Counted from the stretch's first letter, positions 1 to 10,857 are shown. The stretch: DNA of 64,000 bases from Pelagibacterales bacterium MED-G40 (GCA_002457515.1 NTJN01000005.1:403-64402); one strand, 5' to 3'. Notes: generated from the letters alone by a model not told the origin. Translations and numbers: made by a program.

Positions 1-2
1 TA

Positions 3-2477
3 GTTAGTAGGGCACTGCCTGATGTTCGTGATGGACTTAAACCTGTGCATAGAAGAATAATTTATGCAATGTACAAAGGTGGTTATGATTGGTCAAAAAC
101 TTTTAGAAAGTCGGCAAGAATTGTAGGAGATGTAATTGGTAAATATCATCCACATGGTGATCAAGCTGTTTATGATGCTTTAGTTAGATTAGTTCAAGAT
201 TTTTCTATGAGTTTGCCGTTAATTTCTGGCCAAGGAAATTTTGGTTCTATCGATGGCGACCCTCCTGCAGCTATGAGATACACCGAGACTAAACTTGCGA
301 AAATTGCCCAACATTTAACTGAGGATTTAGAAAAAAATACTGTTTTATATAGAAAAAATTATGATGAAACCGAAAAAGAACCAACAGTTTTGCCCTCACA
401 ATATCCAAATTTACTAGTTAATGGAGCTGGAGGAATAGCAGTTGGTATGGCAACAAGTATACCTCCCCATAATTTAAAAGAAATAATTAATGGGACAGTG
501 GCTTTTATAAATAATAAAGAAATTACTATTTCTCAACTAATGAAACATATTCCTGGCCCAGATTTTCCAACTGGGGGTATTATAATAGGTAAAGACATTA
601 TCAAACAAGGTTACAATAAAGGCCGAGGTTCATTTAAAATTCGAGGAATAATGGATGTGGAGGATTTAAAAAGTGGAAGATCATTATTAGTTGTTAAATC
701 TATACCGTACCAAGTAAACAAATCAATCTTAAATGAAAAAATTGCTCAATTGGCTAGAGATAAAAAAATAGATGGCATTAGAGATATTAGGGATGAGTCT
801 AATAGAGAAGGAATTAGAGTTGTGCTTGAACTCAGAAGAGGTGTAGAGCCAGAGACAATAAAAAGACAGTTATATAAACTTACAAATATTGAAAGTTCAT
901 TTGGTTTTAATACTCTGGCAATAGTAGAGAACAAACCAAAAATATTAAACTTAAAGGAATTTATTTCAGAATTTGTAAAATTTAGACAAGAGACAATTAT
1001 TAAAAGAACAAAATTTGATTTAAAGAGAGCTGAAGAAAAAGCTCATATTTTAATTGGTATTGCAACTGCAGTTGAAAATATTGATAGTATTATAAAAATT
1101 ATTAAATCATCGAAAGATACGTCGGTAGCAAAAAAAAATCTCTTAGACAGAAAGTGGAAAGTAAAAAAAAGTACAAAATTAGTTTCTTTAATTGAAAAAA
1201 AGAAAAGTGTTACTAGTTATAAATTATCAGAGCAACAAGTTGATTCTATATTAGAATTAAGATTACAAAAATTAACTGCTTATGGAATTAATGAAATTGA
1301 AAATGAAATAAAAAAACTATCAGAAATGATTATTGAATTTAATAAAATTTTAAATTCAAAAAAAGAGCTTGATAAATTAATTATTTCAGAGTTAGAGGAA
1401 ATTAAATCTAAATATGGAATTGACAGACGTACTCAAATAATTGATGCAGTATTAAATTATAATATTGAAGAAACAATTCAAAAAGAGTCTGTAGTCATAA
1501 ATATAACAAAACAGGGTTATATAAAAAGAAGTGCCTTAACTTCACTTAAGGCTCAAAAAAGAGGTGGAAAAGGCAAGACTGGTATAGTTACTAGAGATGA
1601 GGATTTTGTTATACAAATATTTACTGCCAATACTCACACTCCAGTTTTGTTTTTTTCAACCCAAGGGTTAGTTTATAAAATTAAAGCTTATAAAATCCCA
1701 GAGGGAACAGCTAGCTCAAAAGGGAAGTCAATTTTTAATTTGTTACCTCTTAAAAGCCATCAAGCAATTAGTTCTATTATGCCTTTACCTGAAGATGAAG
1801 CTGAATGGAAAAAATTGATGGTAATATTTGTTACAGCGAATGGCAATGTTAGAAAAAATAGTCTTGAAGACTTTTCAAATATAAGCGCAAGTGGGAAAAT
1901 TGCTATGAAATTGGAACCAAATGATAAAATAGTAGGTGTAAAAATTTGCAGAGATGATCAAGATATTTTGCTTAGCACGTTGCACGGAAAATGTATTAGG
2001 TTTATGTCAAAGAAATTAAGACTATTTAAAGGTAGATCATCTAAAGGTATTAGAGGAATTCAATTAAAAGATAATGACAAAGTTATTTCATTAGCCACTT
2101 TAGAAAATCCTAAAATTGATCAAAAAACCATTAAAAAAGATGATAAAGTTAAAAAAGGTCTAAACAAATTCATACTATCTGTTACCGAAAATGGTTATGG
2201 CAAAAGATCGTCTTATACGGATTATCGAGTAACTAACAGAGGAGGAAAAGGGATAATAGGAATTGTTAACTCTCAAAGAAACGGAAATGTTTCATCTACT
2301 CTTGTTGTTGAAGAAGATGATGAAATTATTTTATCTACAGACAAGGGAAGCATAATGCGTTGTGCAGTTAAAGAAATTAGAGTAGCAGGAAGAAACACAC
2401 AAGGTGTAAGAATTAAAAAACTTTCAGGTGAAGAAAGGGTTGTCTCTGTAATTAAAATAGATCATAATATTCAATAA
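3..2477 (+). CDS. gyrA: DNA gyrase subunit A (5'-truncated by window edge)
   Basis: Frame is open from base 3 (VSRALPDVRDGLKPVH); KYHPHGD, AAMRYTE catalytic Tyr, GyrA-box QKRGGKG and C-terminal beta-pinwheel repeats. Confidence 0.97.
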   Translation, partial: VSRALPDVRDGLKPVHRRIIYAMYKGGYDWSKTFRKSARIVGDVIGKYHPHGDQAVYDALVRLVQDFSMSLPLISGQGNFGSIDGDPPAAMRYTETKLAKIAQHLTEDLEKNTVLYRKNYDETEKEPTVLPSQYPNLLVNGAGGIAVGMATSIPPHNLKEIINGTVAFINNKEITISQLMKHIPGPDFPTGGIIIGKDIIKQGYNKGRGSFKIRGIMDVEDLKSGRSLLVVKSIPYQVNKSILNEKIAQLARDKKIDGIRDIRDESNREGIRVVLELRRGVEPETIKRQLYKLTNIESSFGFNTLAIVENKPKILNLKEFISEFVKFRQETIIKRTKFDLKRAEEKAHILIGIATAVENIDSIIKIIKSSKDTSVAKKNLLDRKWKVKKSTKLVSLIEKKKSVTSYKLSEQQVDSILELRLQKLTAYGINEIENEIKKLSEMIIEFNKILNSKKELDKLIISELEEIKSKYGIDRRTQIIDAVLNYNIEETIQKESVVINITKQGYIKRSALTSLKAQKRGGKGKTGIVTRDEDFVIQIFTANTHTPVLFFSTQGLVYKIKAYKIPEGTASSKGKSIFNLLPLKSHQAISSIMPLPEDEAEWKKLMVIFVTANGNVRKNSLEDFSNISASGKIAMKLEPNDKIVGVKICRDDQDILLSTLHGKCIRFMSKKLRLFKGRSSKGIRGIQLKDNDKVISLATLENPKIDQKTIKKDDKVKKGLNKFILSVTENGYGKRSSYTDYRVTNRGGKGIIGIVNSQRNGNVSSTLVVEEDDEIILSTDKGSIMRCAVKEIRVAGRNTQGVRIKKLSGEERVVSVIKIDHNIQ

Positions 2478-2479
2478 TT

Positions 2480-2971
2480 ATGAGAACTGGAATTTACCCT
2501 GGAACTTTTGATCCTATAACGCTAGGTCATATAGACGTAATTAAAAAATCTTTAAAGATAGTAGATAAACTAGTAATAGCAATTACGGACAATGTTAATA
2601 AAGAATATTTTTTCTCACTTGAAGATAGAGTTTCAATAGTAAACAAGTCGCTATTTAAAGATTTAAAATTAAATAAAAAAAAAATTCTAATTAAGTCTTT
2701 TAATACATTAACCATAGATCTCTGTAAAAAATATAAAGCCTCTATTATAATAAGAGGTTTGAGGGCAGTTTCTGATTTTGAATATGAATTTCAATTAGCT
2801 GGTATGAATAAAAAATTAAATAATGATATTGAAACGATTTTTTTAATGTCAAATATTGAAAATCAGATTATTTCATCGAACTTTGTTAAAGAAATTGCTA
2901 AATTAAATGGGAATGTTAATAAATTTTTAACTAAATCTGCTGTTAAAATCCTCAAAGATAAGCTTAAATGA
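2480..2971 (+). CDS. coaD: Phosphopantetheine adenylyltransferase
   Basis: YPGTFDPITLGH, RGLRAVSDFEYE, ISS motifs. Confidence 0.97.
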   Translation: MRTGIYPGTFDPITLGHIDVIKKSLKIVDKLVIAITDNVNKEYFFSLEDRVSIVNKSLFKDLKLNKKKILIKSFNTLTIDLCKKYKASIIIRGLRAVSDFEYEFQLAGMNKKLNNDIETIFLMSNIENQIISSNFVKEIAKLNGNVNKFLTKSAVKILKDKLK

Positions 2972-3528
2972 GAAAAATAATTTTTTTACTTTTTGTCTTT
3001 TTTTATTTACTAACTAATAATTTATACTCTAAGGAGGTTAAAATGATACTAAAACTTAAAGATGGTGATGTTGAAATAGAATTATTCTCAGACATTGCAC
3101 CAAATCACGTAGAACGAATTAAAACTTTAGCAGACAGTGGAAAATATGATGGTGTCATTTTTCATAGAGTAATCGATGGATTTATGGCGCAAACTGGAGA
3201 TGTTCAGTTTGGTAATTCAAAAAATCCTGATTATGATAATAATAAAGCAGGAAGTGGTGGATCAGATTTAAACGATTTAAAAGCTGAATTCAGTAATACA
3301 CCGCATCTTAAAGGGACTTTGTCTATGGCTAGGACCTCTGATCCAAATAGTGCAAACAGCCAATTTTTTATTTGCTTAGATGATTCCCCTCACTTGGACA
3401 GACAATACTCTGTTTTTGGTAAAGTTATCAAAGGTATGGAATTTGTAGATAAAATTAAAAAAGGTGATGGACCAAACGGCTCTGTTTCAAGTCCAGATAA
3501 AATTATTAGTTTTAGATCAAAAAATTAA
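2968..3528 (+). CDS. Cyclophilin-type peptidyl-prolyl isomerase with N-terminal signal peptide
   Basis: FHRVIDGFMAQTGD, LSMAR, SANSQFFI, YSVFGKV; hydrophobic N-terminus. Confidence 0.93.
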   Translation: MRKIIFLLFVFFYLLTNNLYSKEVKMILKLKDGDVEIELFSDIAPNHVERIKTLADSGKYDGVIFHRVIDGFMAQTGDVQFGNSKNPDYDNNKAGSGGSDLNDLKAEFSNTPHLKGTLSMARTSDPNSANSQFFICLDDSPHLDRQYSVFGKVIKGMEFVDKIKKGDGPNGSVSSPDKIISFRSKN

Positions 3529-3531
3529 TAA

Positions 3532-4644
3532 ATGTTAAATAAAGATTTTTCTTTTGAGGTTCTTTCTCAAAATAAAAAAGCCAGAGTAGGAAAAATAAAT
3601 ACACCCAGAGGCTTCATTGATACACCAGCTTTTATGCCAGTAGGTACATTAGGAACTGTAAAAGGAATTTTTACTGACGATATTTTAAAAACTGGCACTC
3701 AAATAATATTAGGAAATACTTACCATCTTTTGCTAAGACCTGGGATAAAAATAATCGAGAAATTTAATGGAATACATAATTTGATGAACTGGCAAAAGCC
3801 TATATTAACTGACTCAGGAGGTTTTCAAATTATGTCTCTATCAAAATTTAATAAAATAGATAAAAATATAGGAGCGATTTTTTCTTCACATATAGATGGA
3901 AAAAAAATTATTTTGAGTCCAGAAAAAAGTATTCAAATACAAAAAAGTATAAATTCAGATATTTTAATGGTTCTTGATGAATGCCCAGTACTAACAAAGG
4001 ATAAAAAAAAATTAAGCAAAGCAATTGATGTTTCGACCCATTGGGCAAAAAGATGCAAAATTGAATTTGGAAAAAATAAAAAAAAAGCCCTGTTTGGTAT
4101 AGTTCAAGGAGGCCTGTTTAAAGACTTAAGACAGGAGAGTCTTGAAAAATTATTAGAAATTAATTTTGATGGATATGCCATTGGAGGCTTAGCTGTAGGA
4201 GAAACCCAAGAGCAAATGTTCAAAGTTTTGGAGGATACAGTGCATTTAATTCCACAAAATAAACCTAGATATTTAATGGGTGTGGGAACGCCCTCTGACA
4301 TTTTAGGAGCAGTTAAAAATGGGATTGACATGTTTGACTGTGTATTACCAACTCGATCTGGTAGAACTGGTTTAGCTTTTACTTGGGAAGGAAAATTAAA
4401 TTTAAGAAATTCTAAATTTAAATTTGATAAAACTCCACTTGATAAAAAGATCAAGCTCAGAAATTTAAACCTATATTCAAAAAGCTATTTAAATCATTTA
4501 ATTAAAACTAACGAGATTCTCGCTTCGATGATCATTTCTCTTCACAATGTTAATTTTTATCAACAATTTATGGATCAAATAAGGAAAGAGATAAAAAGAG
4601 GGTCTTTTAATAAATTTTACAACAAGTATATCAATAAATTTTAA
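3532..4644 (+). CDS. tgt: Queuine tRNA-ribosyltransferase
   Basis: TPAFMPVGT, TDSGGFQ, PRYLMGVG, DMFDCVLPTR. Confidence 0.97.
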   Translation: MLNKDFSFEVLSQNKKARVGKINTPRGFIDTPAFMPVGTLGTVKGIFTDDILKTGTQIILGNTYHLLLRPGIKIIEKFNGIHNLMNWQKPILTDSGGFQIMSLSKFNKIDKNIGAIFSSHIDGKKIILSPEKSIQIQKSINSDILMVLDECPVLTKDKKKLSKAIDVSTHWAKRCKIEFGKNKKKALFGIVQGGLFKDLRQESLEKLLEINFDGYAIGGLAVGETQEQMFKVLEDTVHLIPQNKPRYLMGVGTPSDILGAVKNGIDMFDCVLPTRSGRTGLAFTWEGKLNLRNSKFKFDKTPLDKKIKLRNLNLYSKSYLNHLIKTNEILASMIISLHNVNFYQQFMDQIRKEIKRGSFNKFYNKYINKF

Positions 4645-4699
4645 TGTGCTAAAATATTGTTTGATATTTCTAATTTTTCTCTATAAAAGAATTTTCCTT

Positions 4700-4775
4700 G
4701 GGCCCTTAGCTCAGTTGGTAGAGCACCTCCCTTTTAAGGAGGGTGTCGATGGTTCGAGTCCATCAGGGCTCACCA
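4700..4775 (+). tRNA. tRNA-Lys(UUU)
   Basis: GGGCCCT/AGGGCTC acceptor, anticodon arm CCTCC-CTTTTAA-GGAGG, GTTCGAGTC T-loop, encoded CCA. Confidence 0.97.
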
Positions 4776-4782
4776 ATAAATA

Positions 4783-5619
4783 TTAAGTTTTTATTGGTGG
4801 ATATTCGACGATTATTTCATTAACCCATCCCTTCAAGTTTATAATTCTTTTTGCACTAGAAGGGTGAGTGCTTAAAAATTGTGGTGGTTCTTTTCCTTTA
4901 TTAGCTGTTTGCATTCTTTCCCATAATTTTACGGACTCACGAATATCAAAACCAGATAAAGAAGAAAAAATTAAACCTAAATAATCAGCCTCGGTTTCTT
5001 GTTTTCTACCAAAAGGATTCATTATACCTAATTGAAAAATATCAAAACCTGTTGATCTACCAACGGTGTTTCTTGTTCTATTTATAGCACCACCTAAAAA
5101 AACATCAGCTATCTGAGTTCCTAAATTAATAGAAATTGCTTGACTTTGTCTTTCAATAGAATGTTTAGCAACAGCATGAGCTATCTCATGCCCCATAACA
5201 ACAGCTAGTCCGTCAGTATTTTTAGTTATTTTTAAAAGCCCTGTATAAACAGCTATCTTTCCACCTGGCATACACCAAGCATTTTTAACTTTATCATTAT
5301 CAACTAACACATAGTCCCATTCAAATTTAGATGTAGGATCCGGTTTATTTTGTGTATTAAAAAAAGAAGATACAGAATTTTCTATTCGTTTACCAATATC
5401 TTTTACTTCTTTTAATTCTTTGCCGGTGGTTATAAGTTTGGCCTTCGATTTAAATTGTTCATAGGCTACACTAGCTTGAGCATTTATTTTATATTCTGGG
5501 AAAATTGTTAATTGTTTTCTATCAGTAATAGGCACAGTCGAACATGAACTCAGCGCAAAACCGCAACAAGTGCAGCCAAATAATTCAAGAAATTTTCTTC
5601 TATTTATGATATGTTTCAT
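4783..5619 (-). CDS. M48 family metallopeptidase lipoprotein, possible Tat signal
   Basis: NAWCMPGG, HEIAH zinc motif, ETEAD, STHP; N-terminal NRRKFL and lipobox-like LSSC. Confidence 0.9.
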   Translation of the reverse strand: MKHIINRRKFLELFGCTCCGFALSSCSTVPITDRKQLTIFPEYKINAQASVAYEQFKSKAKLITTGKELKEVKDIGKRIENSVSSFFNTQNKPDPTSKFEWDYVLVDNDKVKNAWCMPGGKIAVYTGLLKITKNTDGLAVVMGHEIAHAVAKHSIERQSQAISINLGTQIADVFLGGAINRTRNTVGRSTGFDIFQLGIMNPFGRKQETEADYLGLIFSSLSGFDIRESVKLWERMQTANKGKEPPQFLSTHPSSAKRIINLKGWVNEIIVEYPPIKT

Positions 5620-5674
5620 ATATTCAAAGATTCATGATACTAAATTATAAATTATTAATTGCAATTATAAATTA

Positions 5675-6289
5675 ATGACAGAAAAAAAAGCAAAAAGATC
5701 ACTAGTATCTAGACTTAGAAATTATTTTCTAACCGGTGCAGTTGTTCTTGTACCTATAGCTGTTACTTTTTATTTAACTTTATTTATCATAAAAATCTCA
5801 GCAAATATTTTGCCAAAAGAAATAAATCCAAATAGCTATTTACCTGTTGATATACCAGGAATGGAAATTTTAATTTCTTTAATTCTTATAACATTCATAG
5901 GATGGTTATCTTTGTCATTTTTAGGAAAAAAAATTTTCGAACTTTTAAATAATTTGCTTAAGCGTATACCGATACTAAGAACAATTTATTCAGCCATTGG
6001 TCAAATGACAGAGACTTTTACTGAGACTGATAAAAAAAAGAAAAGTGTTGTTCTAATTGAGTATCCAAGAAAAGGTGTATGGGCAGTTGGATTTGCTACA
6101 AAAGAAAATAAGGGAATTATAAGTAAAAAAACAAACGAGGAACTGATAAATATTTTTGTACCAACTACTCCAAATCCAACTAGCGGTTTTCTATTAATGA
6201 TCCCTAAAAAAGATATTATTTATCTTGATATAAGTTTTGAGCAAGCTTCTAAATTTATTGTTTCTGCCGGCACTTCTGAACCCAACTAA
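5675..6289 (+). CDS. DUF502 (COV1-like) membrane protein
   Basis: VLIEYPRKG and FVPTTPNPTSGF motifs, two TM segments. Confidence 0.9.
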   Translation: MTEKKAKRSLVSRLRNYFLTGAVVLVPIAVTFYLTLFIIKISANILPKEINPNSYLPVDIPGMEILISLILITFIGWLSLSFLGKKIFELLNNLLKRIPILRTIYSAIGQMTETFTETDKKKKSVVLIEYPRKGVWAVGFATKENKGIISKKTNEELINIFVPTTPNPTSGFLLMIPKKDIIYLDISFEQASKFIVSAGTSEPN

Positions 6290-6295
6290 TAATTG

Positions 6296-8350
6296 TTAAA
6301 TCTCAATTATCTCAGCTTTGTCAAAAAGCTTTATTAAGAAATTAAATTTAGATGAATTTTCTTCCTCTAGACTTAATGTAGAAATTTTTCTCTCTGCAAT
6401 TTTAAATAAATCTTCATGATGAACAGGATCAGCTATTTTAAAAAATTTTATACCACTTTGTTGAAAACCCACAATATCACCATAGCCTCTCATTTTCATA
6501 TCTTCTTCCGCTATTAAGAAACCATTATCAGTAGATTTAAGAATCTTTATTCTATTTATTGCTTTGGAGCTTAAATTCTTTTTAAAAATTAAAATACAAA
6601 TCCCTTGTTTAGATCCTCTTCCTACTCTACCTCTAAGTTGATGAAGTTGCGCTAAACCAAATTTGTTGGCATTTTCAACTATCATTAAATTTGCATTAGG
6701 AAAGTCTATACCAACTTCTATTACGGTAGTTGAAACCAAAATGTCTATTTCTTTATTTAAGAAGTCATTTAATATTTTTTCTTTCTCTTCTTTTTTTAAT
6801 CCTCCATGAATTAAACCAACTCTTTTTTTAAATATTTTTTTAACTTTTTTGTATCTTAAAACTGCTGAGGAATAATTTAAAATTTTAGACTCTTCTATAA
6901 GTGGGCATACCCAAAAAACTTGATTAGAATTTTTAATTTGATCTTTAATATAAGAATATATTTCTTGAACTTTTTCTTCGGGTTTACTTAAAGTAATTAT
7001 TGATTTTCTTCCTTTAGGTTTTTCTGTTATTTTTGAAATATCCATATCACCATAAATTGACATCATCATTGTTCTGGGAATTGGTGTTGCTGACATTAGA
7101 AGAACATCACAATCGTCACCACCTTTTTGAGCTAAATTCATTCTTTGTCTAACTCCAAATTTATGTTGTTCATCAATTATTATTAAACCAAGATTGTAAA
7201 AATTTATTTTTTTTTGAAATAAAGCATGAGTACCTATTATCAATTGAGTTTTATTTTCCCTTAGATCATGTAATATTTTTTTTCGATTTTTATTTTCAGT
7301 TTTACCGGTTAATAAATCAATCTTAATATTATTATTTTTAAAAAGTTTGCTAGCAAAATTATAATGCTGTTTTGCTAGAATTTCTGTAGGAGCCATTATT
7401 GCACACTGAAAATTAGACTCAATAACATTTGATATTGCGACTAAAGATACTATAGTTTTACCTGACCCAACATCACCCTGAAGAATTCTAAACATTCTTT
7501 TGTCAGATATTAAATCATTATTTATTTCATTAATTACATTTTTTTGGTCTGCAGTAAGTTGATATGGCAATTTTTTAATTATTTTTGTAGAAATAATATT
7601 ATTAAACTTTTTCTTTTTTTTTATTACACTCCTTATTTTTTTTCTATTTTTAGACATTGTAAGAAGATGAGCAAAAATCTCATCAAAAGCTAGTCTTCTA
7701 TAGTAATTAGAATTAATATCTCTATTCTTATTGTCCTGATGAACTTTTAAAATTGATTTTTTCCAACTATCAAATTTCATCTTTTTATTAAAGTTATCAT
7801 CGTACCAATCTTCATTATTTTGTATGTTGTTTAAAACTTGTTCAATAATTCTTCTGTATGATTTTTCATTAATTCCTTCAGTTAATGAGTATTTAGGAAT
7901 AATTTTTTTGACATAATTCAGATTTTCAGTTTTTGTCACATAATCAGGATTTGTCATTTGATATTTATTTTTAAAAAATCCTATTTTACCACTCACGACC
8001 ACCCATTCATTTATTGGTAAAATTTTTCTCAAATATCCTTCTCTACTATTGAAGTAAACTAAGTCAATTCTTCCAAAATTATCTTCACACATAATTTTAT
8101 TAGGTAAATTCCTTATCCTCGGAAAGCTGTATTTGATTACTTTAATTTTTATTGTAAAAATCTTTCCAATTTCAAGTTTGCTTAAGTTAACAGACTCACT
8201 TCGATCTGTATAAGAATATGGAAAATTCCATAATAAATCATTTATTTTCTCAATTTTTTTATTTTTTAAGTAATTTGATAATTTTTTACCAACTCCTTTA
8301 AGAGATATAACGTTTTTAAATAAAAAATTATTTTTTTTTATTAGATCCAT
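6296..8350 (-). CDS. recG: ATP-dependent DNA helicase RecG
   Basis: QGDVGSGKT, DEQHKFG, SATPIPRT, QLHQLRGRVGRG. Confidence 0.97.
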   Translation of the reverse strand: MDLIKKNNFLFKNVISLKGVGKKLSNYLKNKKIEKINDLLWNFPYSYTDRSESVNLSKLEIGKIFTIKIKVIKYSFPRIRNLPNKIMCEDNFGRIDLVYFNSREGYLRKILPINEWVVVSGKIGFFKNKYQMTNPDYVTKTENLNYVKKIIPKYSLTEGINEKSYRRIIEQVLNNIQNNEDWYDDNFNKKMKFDSWKKSILKVHQDNKNRDINSNYYRRLAFDEIFAHLLTMSKNRKKIRSVIKKKKKFNNIISTKIIKKLPYQLTADQKNVINEINNDLISDKRMFRILQGDVGSGKTIVSLVAISNVIESNFQCAIMAPTEILAKQHYNFASKLFKNNNIKIDLLTGKTENKNRKKILHDLRENKTQLIIGTHALFQKKINFYNLGLIIIDEQHKFGVRQRMNLAQKGGDDCDVLLMSATPIPRTMMMSIYGDMDISKITEKPKGRKSIITLSKPEEKVQEIYSYIKDQIKNSNQVFWVCPLIEESKILNYSSAVLRYKKVKKIFKKRVGLIHGGLKKEEKEKILNDFLNKEIDILVSTTVIEVGIDFPNANLMIVENANKFGLAQLHQLRGRVGRGSKQGICILIFKKNLSSKAINRIKILKSTDNGFLIAEEDMKMRGYGDIVGFQQSGIKFFKIADPVHHEDLFKIAERKISTLSLEEENSSKFNFLIKLFDKAEIIEI

Positions 8351-8372
8351 TGTCGTATAATATATTAAATCA

Positions 8373-8627
8373 ATGAGTAAATTAGAAATATTAAAGAAAA
8401 AATTATTATACAGATCATCTTATAGGGGAACAAAGGAGATGGATATTTTGTTAAGTTCCTTTGTAAAATTTTATATTAACAAATTAGGAATAGACGAATT
8501 GCAAGATTTAGACAAATTCTTGGATTTAGATGATGAGATAATATACAACTTTTATCAGAACAATGTTTCAAATAATTTCTTAAAAAAAAATAGAATATCT
8601 CAACTTTTAAAAAAATTTAAAATTTAA
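8373..8627 (+). CDS. sdhE: Succinate dehydrogenase flavinylation factor SdhE/Sdh5
   Basis: YRSSYRGTKEMDILL (RGxxE) motif; divergent from recG as in alphaproteobacteria. Confidence 0.9.
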   Translation: MSKLEILKKKLLYRSSYRGTKEMDILLSSFVKFYINKLGIDELQDLDKFLDLDDEIIYNFYQNNVSNNFLKKNRISQLLKKFKI

Positions 8628-8630
8628 ATA

Positions 8631-8720
8631 TGGCGGAGAGGGTGGGATTCGAACCCACGAACGAGTTGCCCCGTTGCTGGTTTTCAAGACCAGTGCTTTC
8701 AACCACTCAGCCACCTCTCC
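8631..8720 (-). tRNA. tRNA-Ser(UGA)
   Basis: Reverse complement GGAGAGGTGGCTGAGTGG...CTGGT-CTTGAAA-ACCAG, long variable arm, GTTCGAATCC, CCA end. Confidence 0.97.
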
Positions 8721-8729
8721 GTGAAGAGT

Positions 8730-8758
8730 TTTATAAGGATTATCATTAAATGATGCAA
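8730..8758 (-). promoter_or_regulatory. Putative sigma70 promoter of tRNA-Ser
   Basis: TTGCAT-N17-TATAAA on the minus strand, 9 nt upstream of the tRNA. Confidence 0.6.
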
Positions 8759-8819
8759 TTTAATATTTAATTATTTTAATATATTTATTAAACTAAAGTT
8801 CTAATACTATTTAATTTTT

Positions 8820-10094
8820 ATGACAAAAATAAATAAAACAAACATATTTTTATATTTTATTTTTTCTATAAGTCTATTTATTGGATTTTATCTAAGTGAG
8901 GATACCGCGGGACATGGACAATCCGTAATTGACTTTAACGATACTTGGTACACTATTTCTGATCCTTCAAAATATTTTCAAGTTCAACCGGGTGAAACTC
9001 TTGCACTAGAATTTAAATTTCCTCTTCATTATTATATTTCATCGTTAATTTATAAAATAGTACAAGATCAAGAAATTTTCAGATTAGTTTTCATTAGTAT
9101 TTCACTTTTTACACCTTTGATATTTTTTAAATGTTTATCTGAAAAATATAAAAATATTGATAATAATAATTTATTTTTACTTTCACTTATACTATTTGTT
9201 CTACCTTCTTTTAGGACCGCTGCGATTTGGCCAAATACACAGATCACAGCATTAATTTTTTTTTTAGCATCATTATATTATTTTATAAAATGGGAAAACA
9301 AAAAAAATTTTGAAAATTTAAATAAAGATATAATATTAAGTTTAATTTTTATTTCACTGGCTGTTTATACCCGTCAAATATATGCAATTATATATACATA
9401 TTATTTATTTGTTATTTTTTTAAAATGTAAGTTCAATTATCTTTTTAAAGTTGTATTAATTACTGTAGTATTTTCTTTACCTGGTTTTTATATAATATTT
9501 TTTAAAAATATTAGAGCTGCAACTCTAATGTTTAATATCAAATTTCAAAATAGTTTACTTATCAATCCATCGATTTTAGCGTTTTACTTAATACCTCTCT
9601 TTTTAATTTTATCGTTAAATAATTTAAATTATATAAAATTCGACTTTAAAAAAAACTTAACTTATACTGCTCTAGGATTATTAGCTGTTACGGTATCATT
9701 TATTTTTTTTAATTATAATATTAAAATCGGAGGTGGTTTTTTTTTAAAACTGTCATTAGTACTTTTTGACAATCTATATTTTTTTATTTTAACAACAATA
9801 TTAGGTTATTTAATGATATTTAAAATCTGCGAAGAGAATATTGAAAATATTGTAATTTTCTCATTACTTATATTGGTTTTTACTTCTCAGTATATTCTGA
9901 TGAAGTATTTTGAGCCAATGTTTATTGTAATACTATTTATTTTAATTAAATCTAAAATGCCAAGTGAATTACTGTTAAAAAGAAATAATATTTATTTCTT
10001 TTTAACTTATTTTTTCGCCTACTTTATTTCAGCATATATAAATGATATATTTCAAATTACTAAAAATTCGATCGGTGTTATTAGAACTTTTTAA
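8820..10094 (+). CDS. Polytopic membrane protein, possibly GT-C-type glycosyltransferase or polysaccharide-modifying
   Basis: About 11-12 hydrophobic segments, very AT-rich; N-terminal loop with conserved-looking D and PLHY, YTRQ and KYFEP motifs resembling GT-C enzymes (inference). Confidence 0.55.
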   Translation: MTKINKTNIFLYFIFSISLFIGFYLSEDTAGHGQSVIDFNDTWYTISDPSKYFQVQPGETLALEFKFPLHYYISSLIYKIVQDQEIFRLVFISISLFTPLIFFKCLSEKYKNIDNNNLFLLSLILFVLPSFRTAAIWPNTQITALIFFLASLYYFIKWENKKNFENLNKDIILSLIFISLAVYTRQIYAIIYTYYLFVIFLKCKFNYLFKVVLITVVFSLPGFYIIFFKNIRAATLMFNIKFQNSLLINPSILAFYLIPLFLILSLNNLNYIKFDFKKNLTYTALGLLAVTVSFIFFNYNIKIGGGFFLKLSLVLFDNLYFFILTTILGYLMIFKICEENIENIVIFSLLILVFTSQYILMKYFEPMFIVILFILIKSKMPSELLLKRNNIYFFLTYFFAYFISAYINDIFQITKNSIGVIRTF

Positions 10095-10095
10095 C

Positions 10096-10857
10096 TCAAA
10101 TAAATTTTAAGTTAATAGTATGTTTAATATTTCTAATAAAATTGATCACGTATATTGGCACAATCTTTTTAAGCAGTAATTTTATTACATTTTCTTTTTT
10201 AAATAGCCATTGACTATCAAATAATAAATTTGGATTTGAAATAAACTTTTTTTCTATTTTTAATTTATTCATAAGATTTTTCTTAACAAATATACAATTT
10301 CCAGTATGTGAAACTAGAAAATATCCTTTTTTTAAACCAACTCTTACTGTTGAAGTAAAACTATTACCTCTTTTTTTATATGAATTTTTTTGTAAAATTC
10401 CAGGTTCAATACCACTATTAATTTCTATTATAACAACTTGAGGGTCATAACGTTTTAAACTTTGCCATACAGACAAATCATAAGAGTCTATATCAATTGA
10501 TAAAACTTCAAATTTTTTTGGAATTTTTGTTTTTTTTAAAATTTTCTCTAAGGAAAAATTAGATTTTTTTTTGTGTGAAACAAACATATTCAGTGGAATA
10601 ATTTTCTTAAATTTTTCACTTGTTTTAGTTAGTAAACTAAATTTCTTTTTATCTCCCTCAATGTACACTCCATTAAAGCTATAATTTTTGATTAAATTAA
10701 ATGTGTTGCTACCCCTGATTCCATCCCAAGCTCCAAATTCACAGGCCCATTTTGACTTTTTATTTAGTAACTTTAATCTTTTTAGTATTTCAATTATTAT
10801 TCCATCCTCTCCATTTTGAGAATAAATATTTTTTTTATAATCGTTTAGGTTAGACAT
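10096..10857 (-). CDS. FkbM-like (Methyltransf_21-type) SAM-dependent methyltransferase
   Basis: YSQNGEDG, CEFGAWDG, SIDIDSYD, IIEIN and GNCIFV motifs; ATG at 10857 preferred over 10878. Confidence 0.75.
   Translation of the reverse strand: MSNLNDYKKNIYSQNGEDGIIIEILKRLKLLNKKSKWACEFGAWDGIRGSNTFNLIKNYSFNGVYIEGDKKKFSLLTKTSEKFKKIIPLNMFVSHKKKSNFSLEKILKKTKIPKKFEVLSIDIDSYDLSVWQSLKRYDPQVVIIEINSGIEPGILQKNSYKKRGNSFTSTVRVGLKKGYFLVSHTGNCIFVKKNLMNKLKIEKKFISNPNLLFDSQWLFKKENVIKLLLKKIVPIYVINFIRNIKHTINLKFI

Noticed and set aside
3-2477. parC instead of gyrA
   Set aside because: GyrA-box QKRGGKG is present, with gyrA-coaD-ppi-tgt synteny
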